From NCBI GenBank assembly GCA_943354045.1, contig CALRBF010000001.1:4046-68045 (forward strand): DNA of 64,000 bases. Direction: 5' to 3'. This DNA comes from Parcubacteria group bacterium (GTDB lineage Bacteria > Patescibacteriota > Minisyncoccia > SW-4-49-11). The notes beneath the pieces are model-generated. The model searched no databases. It was not told where the DNA came from and saw only the letters and a program-made list of their open reading frames with translations. The first letter of the stretch is position 1. Every line of letters starts with the position of its first letter. Positions 28,616 to 37,972 of this stretch are shown here, piece after piece. The position numbers and the translations under genes were made by a program.

Positions 28616-28836
28616 TCTCGAACATAAGATTATCTAAAAAAGATAATCTTATGCTCCAGAATTGTTGTAAATTTAGGTAAAGCAACACTACATAACCTTG
28701 AGTATCAATCAAAAGTTAAAAAGATGAGTTTTAGCGACATTAGTATCACTCGACTGAACACATTACTATGCTTACATCTGTGACCTATCAACGTGGTAGT
28801 CTTCCACGGTCGCATGAGCTACCTAATCTTGAGTAC

Positions 28837-28869
<33 letters not shown>

Positions 28870-29056
28870 AGACCAAACTTAGCTACCCAACAGTGCCATT
28901 GGTATGACAGCTGGTACACCAGAGGTTTGTTCATCCCGGTCCTCTCGTACTAGGGACAAATTCTCTCAAGTAGCAACGCCTACAGAAGATAGAGACCAAC
29001 CTGTCTCACGACGGTTTGAACCCAGCTCGCGTGCCCCTTTAATTGGCGAACAGCCA

Positions 29057-29087
<31 letters not shown>

Positions 29088-30045
29088 GGACGAGCCGACA
29101 TCGAGGTGCCGAACCTGGCCGTCGCTATGGACGCTTGGGCCAGACTAGCCTGTTATCCCCGGGGTAACTTTTATCTGCTGATCTTCCACCTTTCTACAAA
29201 GGATGGTCGGTTCACTAAGTTCCACTTTCGTGACTCAACTAAAGTACCCATTTCTAAAAGAAACACATACAATAGAGGTGTAATGAAAACCATTACAGCG
29301 CGACATACACGTCTTGCAGTAAAGCTAGCTTATGCCTTTGCACTATCTCCCGAATTTCCATATCGGGATAGCTAACCTTATAAACACCTCCGTTACTTTT
29401 TAGGAGGTGAGCGCCCCACTCAAACTACCCACCAGGCACTGTCTCTCATAGTATTAGTATGAGGTTAGTATTCTCATAAATCAAGGGTGGTATCTCACTG
29501 GCGACTCCTTCTTGTCTAGCGACAAGCTATCAAAGTCTCCCACCTATTCTGAACAAAATAAACAAAAATACAATACCAAGCTATAGTAAAGCTCCACGGG
29601 GTCTTCTCGTCTTTCTGTAGGTAAACGGCATCTTTACCGTTATTGCAATTTCACCGGGCAGTTGGTTGAGACAGTTTCCCAGTCGTTACTCCATTCAAGC
29701 GGGTCTGAATTTACCAGACAAGGAATTTCGCTACCTTAGGACGATTATAGTTATCGCCGACGTTCACTGGCGCTTCGGACAGTCAGCTTTCACTGCCATC
29801 GTTAACGTTCCAGCACTGGTCAGGAGTCACCCCCTATACTTCCTTCTTGTGAAGTTAGCAGAGAGCTGTGTTTTTGATAAACAGTCGCTGGGAATCTTTA
29901 GCTGCGGCCTATATTGCTATAGGCAGACCTTATCCCGAAGTTACGGTCGCTGTTTTGCCGAGTTCCTTAACCAACTTTCACCCGTTCACCTTGGTCTTCT
30001 CGACCTACCCACCTGTGTCGGTTTTCGGTACGGTCGACAATGGAT

Positions 30046-30130
30046 TCCCTCCCTAGTTTTATCTACAATAGACTTTTAGATTTTATAATATAAATATTAT
30101 TGTCTATATCTAAACAAAACTAGGGAGGGA
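30046..30130 (-). repeat. Perfect 15-bp stem with a ~55-nt AT-rich loop, inserted in 23S (expansion segment or IVS-like hairpin)
   Basis: 'tccctccctagtttt'...'aaaactagggaggga'. It replaces the E. coli sequence just 5' of 'CGTACCCCAAACCGACACAGGTGG'. Confidence 0.6.
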
Positions 30131-30624
30131 CATAGTGGCTTTTCTTGTCACCTTGGGTCTCTTATATTGAATTCTCTCGCGAGTCTTCTTTATGCGTTTT
30201 TCGGGCTTTAATGACTCCAAAGATTTGCCTCAGAGTCAGCTCTACAGAAACACATATGCCTCAATCCATTAAGACACATAAAATACCATGATGCGTCCCC
30301 ACATTTACAAGCCATTGCCGGTACAGGAATATTAACCTGTTGTCCATCGGCTACCTCCGTTTCCGAAGTTAACCTTAGGCCCGACTAACCCCCCGATGAT
30401 TATCATTGCGGAGGAATCCTTAGGATTTCGGTGGCTCAGAATTTAACTGAACTTGCGGTTACTTATTCCAACATTCTCACTTCCTTGCGCTCCACCAGCC
30501 CTCACGGGTCCAGCTTCAGTGCACAAGGAACGCTCTCCTACCATTATAATACTAATAAATTAATATATAATCCGTAATTTCGGTACTACACTTGAGCCCC
30601 GTTACATTTTCAGCGCATATTTTC

Positions 30625-30903
30625 CTATCCCTCCTCAGTTCTGGGATCGAGCAAGCTATTTTTAACTCGCTCCATCAACTGATATTTGGCACTCCCATGA
30701 GATTTTAGTCTCTTTTCTCTTATCAATGCATCTTTTTTGATTCGATACACTTCAAAGTATATGAGTGTCCATTGACCTTTATGTTTTTTCGTATACTTAC
30801 TCTGCCTAGAATTATGTTCTTCTAATCTTTTTTTGAGATCTTTAGTACTCCCTATATAGAGAGTATAATCTGTAGAGTTTTGAATAAGATATACTATATA
30901 CAT
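30625..30903 (-). CDS. Small GIY-YIG nuclease (YhbQ/UPF0213-like) encoded inside the 23S rRNA gene, in the same sense as the rRNA
   Basis: 'YIVYLIQNSTDYTLYIGSTKDLKKRLEEHN......KHKGQWTLIYFEVYRIKKDALIREKRLKS' matches the GIY-YIG / YhbQ pattern. The last codons and the stop codon lie within the inverted repeat. Confidence 0.8.
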   Translation of the reverse strand: MYIVYLIQNSTDYTLYIGSTKDLKKRLEEHNSRQSKYTKKHKGQWTLIYFEVYRIKKDALIREKRLKSHGSAKYQLMERVKNSLLDPRTEEG

Positions 30904-30937
30904 ATAGATTCATTATACCAGAACTGAGGAGGGAATA
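30626..30937 (-). mobile_element. Inverted-repeat-bounded insertion (IVS-like stem-loop) carrying the GIY-YIG ORF within a 23S helix
   Basis: Left arm 'tatccctcctcagttctgg' (30626-30644) pairs with right arm 'ccagaactgaggagggaata' (30918-30937), giving 19 bp with one bulge. The flanks resume conserved 23S sequence ('GTGCGTAATAGCTCAC' ... 'GCGCTGAAAATGTAACGGGGC'). Confidence 0.5.
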
Positions 30938-31557
30938 GAGTAGTGAGCTATTACGCACTCTTTAAAAGATGGCTGCTTCTAAGCCAACTTCCTACCTGTC
31001 TCAGAAAATACACAACTTTTCCCACTTAGTGTAGTTTAGGGACCTTAATTGACGGTCTGGGCTGTTTCCCTTTTGAACATGGAGCTTAGCCCCCACATTC
31101 TAACTGCTAATCTATAATCTACTGGTATTCGGAGTTTGGTTAGATTGGGTACCCGAAGGCCCCAGATCCATTCAGTGCTCTACCCCCAGTAGGGATCAAT
31201 TAACGCTAGCCTAAGAGCTATTTCGGAGAGAACCAGCTATTACCAAGCTCGATTGGAATTTCTCCTCTATTCACAGCTCATCACCTAGAATTGCACGACT
31301 AGTGTGTTCGGGCCTCCCTTTGATGTTACTCAAAGTTCACCCTGGCCATAAATAGCTCGCCTGGTTTCGGGTCTACTCCCATCAACAATTCGCCCGTTAA
31401 GACTCGATTTCTCTATGCCTCCGTCCTTTTGAGACTTAAGCTGCTGATGAGACGTAACTCGTTGGATCATTCTTCAATAGGCACGCCGTCACCCTTGCGG
31501 GCTCCGACTCCTTGTACGTAAATGGTTTCAGGTCTATTTCATTGTCCTCTCGGACTG

Positions 31558-31594
<37 letters not shown>

Positions 31595-32263
31595 ACATTA
31601 AGTAATATTTAGCCTTACCAGGTTAGTTCTGGTGGATTCAGACAGGGCTTTCTTTTCCCGTCCTACTCAGGAATAGAACCGATATATATACACTGTTTTC
31701 GATTACTCGGCTATCACGATCTATGGCTAAGCTTTCCAGCTTACTCATCTAACAATATATATATATCCTCCTCACGGAATGTTCTACCCTACAACCCCTC
31801 TAGACCGAAGTCTGAGGTTTGGGCTCCTTCCGTTTCGCTCGCCGCTACTAAGGAAATCACATTCGTTTTCTTTTCCTCCGGGTACTGAGATGTTTCACTT
31901 CCCCGAGTTCGCTCCCTAATAACTAGGATACTTGGGCATTACCCCAAGTGGGTTTCCCCATTCGGATATCTCCGGATCAAAGCCTGATTAGCGGCTCCCC
32001 GAAGCTTATCGCAGCTAGTCTACGTCCTTCTTCGCTTCTTAATGTCAAGGCATCCCCCATTTACGCTTACCAACTCATCTTTTTAAATTCTGATTTATAC
32101 TTTTGGTGAAAGTAGTAAAATTGCATTTACCTAAATTTACTTGTGAATGAACCCTCTTATAGAAACAGATGATAATATCTCAAAGGTTGAACTTTAAGAG
32201 GTCATCTCTGTCGCCATATTGCTCCGTAGGTGAGCTGAGTGTGAAGTTGCGAGTACGATATTT

Positions 32264-32292
32264 ATAATACACGAAATCTGAAGAGGTGTCAA
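32264..32292 (-). promoter_or_regulatory. Putative rRNA operon promoter (TTGACA-N17-TATTAT on the minus strand)
   Basis: Minus-strand reading: 'ccTTGACAcctcttcagatttcgtgTATTATaaat'. It is ~180 nt upstream of the 23S 5' end. Confidence 0.4.
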
Positions 32293-32402
32293 GGGTTTCA
32301 GGAGAGAGATTGTATATTTAGGATGAGGAGGGATTTTGATTACAGAATAAAGACATAAAAGGCCAATATCCAGATAAAAAATTATATAGTATGTAGAATA
32401 AA

Positions 32403-32432
32403 AAGAAAAAACCCACCGACGAATCGGTGGGT
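32403..32432 (-). terminator. Rho-independent terminator of the GC-rich secreted-protein gene
   Basis: Minus strand: 'aacccaccgattcgtcggtggg' then 'tttttt'. Confidence 0.6.
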
Positions 32433-32451
32433 TATAAAGGGACTGATTGAC

Positions 32452-33069
32452 TCAGCTGGTCTTGATGCCCTCAATGGCTTTGATCAGGAGCTGGACTTGA
32501 GGCCAAATATTTACCTGAAACCATCTCATCCACTGATCAAAGTTCCTCAACAGCTGTTTTGACTCCGAATCTAGAGTCGTCACCTGAGGTTGAGGAGCGG
32601 GTGGCAACACCACTGGCGGAGGGGCAGCTGGAGCAGATTGCTCCCCACCGATGGTAATCACCTGGTCGATACCGAGGTCACCAGAAGTGGTAAATCTCTT
32701 GTCCGCAATCCCACTGGTCAAGAGGTTGACACCCATGACCCGATAGGGTCCAGGCTCAACCCCATTCAGAGGGACTACCCACACTCCCTGCCGAATCGAC
32801 AGGCTTCCGGGAAGCCTCAAGAGATCGGGTCGAATAGAAAACGGAACTTCATCCTTAAGAACAAGAATGACATCGTGTGAGATGGGACAGGTATTACCCT
32901 GCTCTACCCGAATCAACACAGTGTTGTCCACCGTATTGTCGCTGACCGAAACCAGATACTCGCACGAGTCGATACGCGGATAAGGCGAATCTTGTGCCAG
33001 TACGGGCATCCCGACGAGGGACGCACCGATCATAGTGGAAGTGAAAAGCAACGATTTGAAAGCGGTCAT
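32452..33069 (-). CDS. Secreted hypothetical protein (Sec signal peptide, Pro-rich linker) encoded in a ~52% GC island
   Basis: 'MTAFKSLLFTSTMIGASLVGMPVLAQ|DSP...' is a signal peptide with an AxA-like cleavage site. A linker 'APAAPPPVVLPPAPQPQV' follows. Codon usage differs strongly from neighbouring genes. Confidence 0.6.
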   Translation of the reverse strand: MTAFKSLLFTSTMIGASLVGMPVLAQDSPYPRIDSCEYLVSVSDNTVDNTVLIRVEQGNTCPISHDVILVLKDEVPFSIRPDLLRLPGSLSIRQGVWVVPLNGVEPGPYRVMGVNLLTSGIADKRFTTSGDLGIDQVITIGGEQSAPAAPPPVVLPPAPQPQVTTLDSESKQLLRNFDQWMRWFQVNIWPQVQLLIKAIEGIKTS

Positions 33070-33151
33070 TGAAAAGGATCACATACGATATATATATACC
33101 ATAAAATAACAAAAATGTCAATAGTTATAGGCATTTATTTAAAACCGTTAT

Positions 33152-34894
33152 GTGACACTCTATCCTATGATTTGTCTAAATATATGTTATACTAATACTA
33201 ATTATATGATATATATTATGGTGCTCCAATTATTTAAAAAAATTCATCCTATTTGTTATTTTGTCTTATTTGCTAGTATAATATTTCACTATAAAATTGG
33301 GATACAAAATATATGGCCTGGCAATGTCGACTGGTTATTACAAGCATCTGATTGGCCACAACATTATTTAGGTTGGGAATTCTTTAGGAGAACTTCTTGG
33401 AATTTTCCTCTGGGAGATTTTCAAAACATATTATATCCGGCGAATACAAATATTGGATTTACAGATAGTATTCCACTTCTTGCTATATTATTAAAGATAT
33501 TTAGCGGTATATTACCTGATATTTTTCAATATATTGGATTATGGATATTTATTAATATTGTATTACAAGGATATTTTGCTTATCTCATTTTTAAAAAATT
33601 ACAGTTCTCAACTGCTTCTGCAATTGTTGCGGGTATATTACTTCAATTTACTCCAGCTCTGATCTCTCGTATTAATCATCCAGCTCTTACGGCTCATTGG
33701 CTTATCTTATTTATTATATATAATTATATTTCATTTAATAATACCAAAAGAGATATTTATTTGAATTTTGCTCCTATTATTTTGAGTAGTATGATTCATC
33801 CCTATCTTGCTATTATGATTATTCCTCTCAGTATTGCAAATTTATTCAGATTTGATTCTTTAAAAACAAGACTTATTACCATACCGATTGCTTTAATAAT
33901 ACCAATACTATTATGGTATAGTATTGGATATTTTGTAGACTATTCTATAGGAGATTCTCAGAGTTTAGGATATTATTCAGCAAGTTTACAAACATTCTTT
34001 AATCCACTATATGCTATTTGGGATCATCATTTAAGAGATGCTTCTTTGTGGCTTGATCCAAGAAATCAAAGATATATGCTCCAATATGAGGGGTTTGCTT
34101 ATCTTGGAGCAGGAGTATTGATAGGAGCATTTATTGCCCTCCTATATATAGCCAAAAGATTAATTACTCATTATAAAAAAATAATACCTTTTATTAAAAA
34201 GACTATTCTATCTGGTATTCATAATAGAACTATTATTTTTTGGTTAGGTATTATCGTCGTCTCATTATATGCAATTCTATATCGAGATATTGTCACAATG
34301 TATTTAGAACCTTATGCCCGACTTCCATTTATTCGTATATTTTTAGATAAAGCTGGGGTTATTCGTGCTAATGGGCGATTTATCTGGCCATTAATGTATA
34401 TTGTCATTATTGGAATTATATATTTGATTAATAAAGTATTCTCGAAAAAAGCTTTGTATATATTGATTATATTATTAGGTATTCAAATGATTGACATATC
34501 TCCTCTATTAAAACTTCAGCTATTCAAAGAAAAGGAAATTGTATCGGTAAAATCAGAGTCAAGTATATTTTGGCAAAATACTATTAAAGAATATAAAGGG
34601 GTATATATGTATCCCGGTGGTCAAAGAAGCTATAAAAGTCTTGATGATTATATTATATTTACATTCTGGGCTGCCCAGAATAATATTCCTATTAATGCAG
34701 GCTATTTATCCCGATATGATTTACCTATAGTGCAAAAGTTTAATTTACAAATTGAAAAAAATTTAGTAAATAATAATCTTGATCCCAATATCCTATATAT
34801 TACAACAAAAGATCATAAAGATTTATTTCAAACTGCCAGTAAGAATACCAACAGGGTATTAGCTGAATTTGATGATTATTATATCATTAGATAA
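33152..34894 (+). CDS. Large polytopic membrane protein (~12 TM plus a C-terminal soluble domain). Possibly a DUF6311-like glycosyl/polyprenyl-transferase-type protein.
   Basis: Many hydrophobic helices over the first ~430 aa, then a ~130-aa hydrophilic C-terminal domain. Confidence 0.5.
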   Translation: MTLYPMICLNICYTNTNYMIYIMVLQLFKKIHPICYFVLFASIIFHYKIGIQNIWPGNVDWLLQASDWPQHYLGWEFFRRTSWNFPLGDFQNILYPANTNIGFTDSIPLLAILLKIFSGILPDIFQYIGLWIFINIVLQGYFAYLIFKKLQFSTASAIVAGILLQFTPALISRINHPALTAHWLILFIIYNYISFNNTKRDIYLNFAPIILSSMIHPYLAIMIIPLSIANLFRFDSLKTRLITIPIALIIPILLWYSIGYFVDYSIGDSQSLGYYSASLQTFFNPLYAIWDHHLRDASLWLDPRNQRYMLQYEGFAYLGAGVLIGAFIALLYIAKRLITHYKKIIPFIKKTILSGIHNRTIIFWLGIIVVSLYAILYRDIVTMYLEPYARLPFIRIFLDKAGVIRANGRFIWPLMYIVIIGIIYLINKVFSKKALYILIILLGIQMIDISPLLKLQLFKEKEIVSVKSESSIFWQNTIKEYKGVYMYPGGQRSYKSLDDYIIFTFWAAQNNIPINAGYLSRYDLPIVQKFNLQIEKNLVNNNLDPNILYITTKDHKDLFQTASKNTNRVLAEFDDYYIIR

Positions 34895-34941
34895 TCTATT
34901 AAAATATGATATACTTAAGAGTATAAGAACTAATATTATAT

Positions 34942-35286
34942 ATGGGATTTATCATATCAATTGTAGGAAATAGTGTTGGACTCTATGTAGCAAGTGTGAT
35001 TGTGCCTGGTTTTGAGATTAGTGGAGATATATCTTGGTATTATTTTCTCATAGCGGGAATAGTATTTACGATTATATTCTCTATTATATTACCTATTGTC
35101 AAAGCTATTACTTTTCCTATTATTATACTGACCCTTGGGTTGTTTTCTTTTGTCCTCAATCTTGTTGCTTTTTATGCACTTGACTATATTTTGGAGCCAG
35201 TACAATTTACTACTTTCTTGTCTATTGTATTGACCTCTTTGGTAATTAGTAGTATAAATATGATATCTAATACCTTTTTACGATAA
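34942..35286 (+). CDS. Small 4-TM membrane protein (YvlD/phage-holin-4-like family)
   Basis: 114 aa with four hydrophobic helices, starting 'MGFIISIVGNSVGLYVASVIVPGF'. Confidence 0.5.
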   Translation: MGFIISIVGNSVGLYVASVIVPGFEISGDISWYYFLIAGIVFTIIFSIILPIVKAITFPIIILTLGLFSFVLNLVAFYALDYILEPVQFTTFLSIVLTSLVISSINMISNTFLR

Positions 35287-35290
35287 TATT

Positions 35291-35506
35291 ATGAACACTT
35301 ATATTTCTATTGCTCTTATTGTTTTATCTGTTTTGTTGGTAGCTTCTGTACTATTACAGCAAATTGGTAATGGATTATCTTCTACATTTGGAGGGGCTGG
35401 TGGATCTTATCAGACAAGACGTGGTTTTGAAAAAATTCTATTCAGAGCAACTATTGTATTTGGAATACTTATTATGATTGGGAGTATTGCTTATATTGTT
35501 GTATAG
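35291..35506 (+). CDS. secG: Preprotein translocase subunit SecG
   Basis: 71 aa. 'LLQQIGNGLSSTFGGAGGSYQTRRGFEKILFRATIVFGILIM' has the SecG two-TM architecture and Gly-rich loop. Confidence 0.6.
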   Translation: MNTYISIALIVLSVLLVASVLLQQIGNGLSSTFGGAGGSYQTRRGFEKILFRATIVFGILIMIGSIAYIVV

Positions 35507-35528
35507 TTAGATATTATATTTTCTTTTT

Positions 35529-37274
35529 ATGGATATTATTAGAAAAATCCCCAAACCGATTATACCGCCTAATTTTAAAAAGGTTATCATTCCTAAGTCC
35601 CCAATCAAAATTTCACGACCTAATATTAATTTACCTAAATTACCCCAAAGTCTTCAGAAAAATATATTCCTCACATTTATTATTGCTTTTATTATTCTTG
35701 TTGTGATGGGAAGTTTGATTTATCGTTCACTTACAAAGGAAATTGCAACAACAGGAGGTATTATTAAAGAAGGTATTATTGGACAACCTCAATATATAAA
35801 TCCAGTATTATCTTTTTCCAATGATATCAATAAACCTGATCGAGTATTAGAATATCTTATTTATCCCAGTTTATTTCGCCTAGATAAAACAGGAAATTTG
35901 TCTAATGAATTAGTTGATAGTTATACGGTAGGAGATAATGGTAAAGAGTATTTATTCAAGTTAAAATCTGATATTAAGTGGGATGATAATACTCCTCTCA
36001 CTATTGATGACATTATATTCACCTTACAAACTATACAAAACCCAGCTTATAATAGTCCTATTAGTTCTGCTCTCAAAGGAGTTTCTATTACTCGAGTTGA
36101 TGATAGCATTCTTAAATTAAATCTCAATTCTAGTTATTCTCCCTTCTTATCTAATCTTACCTTTGGAATATTACCAAAACATATTTGGCAAAATCTCGAA
36201 CCTAGTGCCTTTCTTTTGTCCGAAGCTAATCTAAAACCTATTGGAGCGGGTAAATTTAAATATAAATCTATTCAAAAAAAGAAAGATGGTAATATTGCAT
36301 CGATTACTATTGAAAAAAACCCCAATTATTTTGGAGAAAAACCTAATATAGAGAACTTTACTTTGGTATTCTATTCCAAAGAAGAGGAAATGATACAAGA
36401 TTTTAAACAGAACAATTTACAGGCTATTACACAGCTCAAAGCTCCATTATCTGACTCTTCTCGATATCAGCTTAATGTCATGAATATACCTCAATCATTT
36501 GGTATTATATTTAATATTAAAGACCCCTTATTAAGTAATAAGGAAATTCGCCAATCTATATCCAATGTAATTAATAGACAACCTATTATCAATGATATAT
36601 TACAAAATCAAGCTACGCTTATCAATGGGCCATTAACTCCATTTAATCAGTATTATGTGCCTACTGATATAGCTTTCGATATTGAAAAAGTAAAGAAAAC
36701 CCTAGATGATGCCAATTGGAAAGATATAGATGGTGATGGTATACGAGAAAAAGATAATAAAAAAGCTGAATTCACTATTTTAGTTGCTAATGGAAATAAA
36801 GTAGACGAAGTAACCAAAACACTACAAGCTCAAATTCGAGAAATTGGAATACAAATGAATATTGAATTAGTATCCTTTGCAGATTTATCAGCCAATCAAA
36901 TTCGTGATAGATCTTATCAGGCTTTATTCTTGGGGCTTGGACTTAATATATATCCAGACCCTTATATTTATTGGCATTCTTCTCAAATAACCAGTCCAGG
37001 ACTCAATTTATCTCAATATACGAATATTAATACTGATGGATATTTGGAAACTGCACGTACTAACACTGATATTAATGTAATTACCTCTAGCTTACAACAA
37101 TTTCAACAACAAATTACAAGTGATGTACCTGCTATATTTATTTATTCACCTAAATATCTCTATTACACCAATCCTATTATCAAGAATATTACTGTCTCAA
37201 TTGGGAATTCTTCAGTAGACCGCTATGCCTCTATCTCAGAATGGTCTGTTAAAACAAAGCGAGTATTCAAATAA
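35529..37274 (+). CDS. ABC transporter substrate-binding protein, family 5 (peptide/nickel type), N-terminally membrane-anchored
   Basis: N-terminal TM. SBP_bac_5-like features throughout ('LFRLDKTGNL...ELVDSY', 'FKLKSDIKWDD..PLT', 'NPNYFGEKPNIE'). Confidence 0.75.
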   Translation: MDIIRKIPKPIIPPNFKKVIIPKSPIKISRPNINLPKLPQSLQKNIFLTFIIAFIILVVMGSLIYRSLTKEIATTGGIIKEGIIGQPQYINPVLSFSNDINKPDRVLEYLIYPSLFRLDKTGNLSNELVDSYTVGDNGKEYLFKLKSDIKWDDNTPLTIDDIIFTLQTIQNPAYNSPISSALKGVSITRVDDSILKLNLNSSYSPFLSNLTFGILPKHIWQNLEPSAFLLSEANLKPIGAGKFKYKSIQKKKDGNIASITIEKNPNYFGEKPNIENFTLVFYSKEEEMIQDFKQNNLQAITQLKAPLSDSSRYQLNVMNIPQSFGIIFNIKDPLLSNKEIRQSISNVINRQPIINDILQNQATLINGPLTPFNQYYVPTDIAFDIEKVKKTLDDANWKDIDGDGIREKDNKKAEFTILVANGNKVDEVTKTLQAQIREIGIQMNIELVSFADLSANQIRDRSYQALFLGLGLNIYPDPYIYWHSSQITSPGLNLSQYTNINTDGYLETARTNTDINVITSSLQQFQQQITSDVPAIFIYSPKYLYYTNPIIKNITVSIGNSSVDRYASISEWSVKTKRVFK

Positions 37275-37279
37275 GCTAT

Positions 37280-37972
37280 ATGGGCTATTTTATATTTGAC
37301 CTCAAAGAACAAAGCCTTGTCCCAGAAGAAACTCATCATATCAGTAATGTATTACGCCTCAAGCCGAATGAAATTATACAGGCTACTGATGGTATAGGCA
37401 CTCTTTATAAACTCAAAATTAACTCATTAAAGCCATTCAAAGGAGATATTGTTGAAACTATTACTATTCCGAGGCAAAAGCCCTCTATTCGAGTTATTAT
37501 CAGTATTATAAAAATACCATTATTAGAATTAATTATACAAAAATTAACAGAAATAGGTATTGATGAAATTATTATCACAAAAACAGATTATGCCCAAATT
37601 AATCTCAAAGATATTATTTCTAAACAGAATCGTTGGAATACAATTATTCAAACAGCCTGCAAACAATCTGAGCAAGTATATTTCCCTATTCTCAGTATAC
37701 AAGAATTAGACAAAATTAATTATCCTAAAAATAGTCTTAATTTGATTGGAGATACACAATATAATAAAGTCGTCCCTATTCATAGCTTTGATATTAAAGG
37801 CCAGTCTGATATCACATTATTAATTGGCCCTGAAGGTGGTTTTTCTCAAAAAGAATATCAATATCTCATTGAATATTATGCCTATAATCCTGTATTGTTT
37901 ACTCCATATATATTGAGAGCCGAGACTGCTGCTATTGTAGGAGCAGGTATTATCAAAAACTTAAGCCTCTAA
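37280..37972 (+). CDS. rsmE: 16S rRNA (uracil1498-N3)-methyltransferase RsmE
   Basis: 'HHISNVLRLKPNEIIQATDGIG' (PUA-like N-terminus) and 'LLIGPEGGFSQKEYQYL' (SPOUT C-terminus). Confidence 0.75.
   Translation: MGYFIFDLKEQSLVPEETHHISNVLRLKPNEIIQATDGIGTLYKLKINSLKPFKGDIVETITIPRQKPSIRVIISIIKIPLLELIIQKLTEIGIDEIIITKTDYAQINLKDIISKQNRWNTIIQTACKQSEQVYFPILSIQELDKINYPKNSLNLIGDTQYNKVVPIHSFDIKGQSDITLLIGPEGGFSQKEYQYLIEYYAYNPVLFTPYILRAETAAIVGAGIIKNLSL

Noticed and set aside
29165-29400. A stretch inside the 23S gene that at first looked non-rRNA-like (AT-rich, containing an ORF at 29043-29375) and was suspected to be an intron.
   Set aside because: The reverse complement aligns base-by-base to the conserved 23S domain V region between 'CCTCCTAAA.AGTAACGGAGG' and 'GGGGATAACAGGC'. 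The matching blocks include 'GGTTAGC...GTGCAAAGGCATAAGCTAGCTT.ACTGC'. It is ordinary rRNA, and the ORF is spurious.
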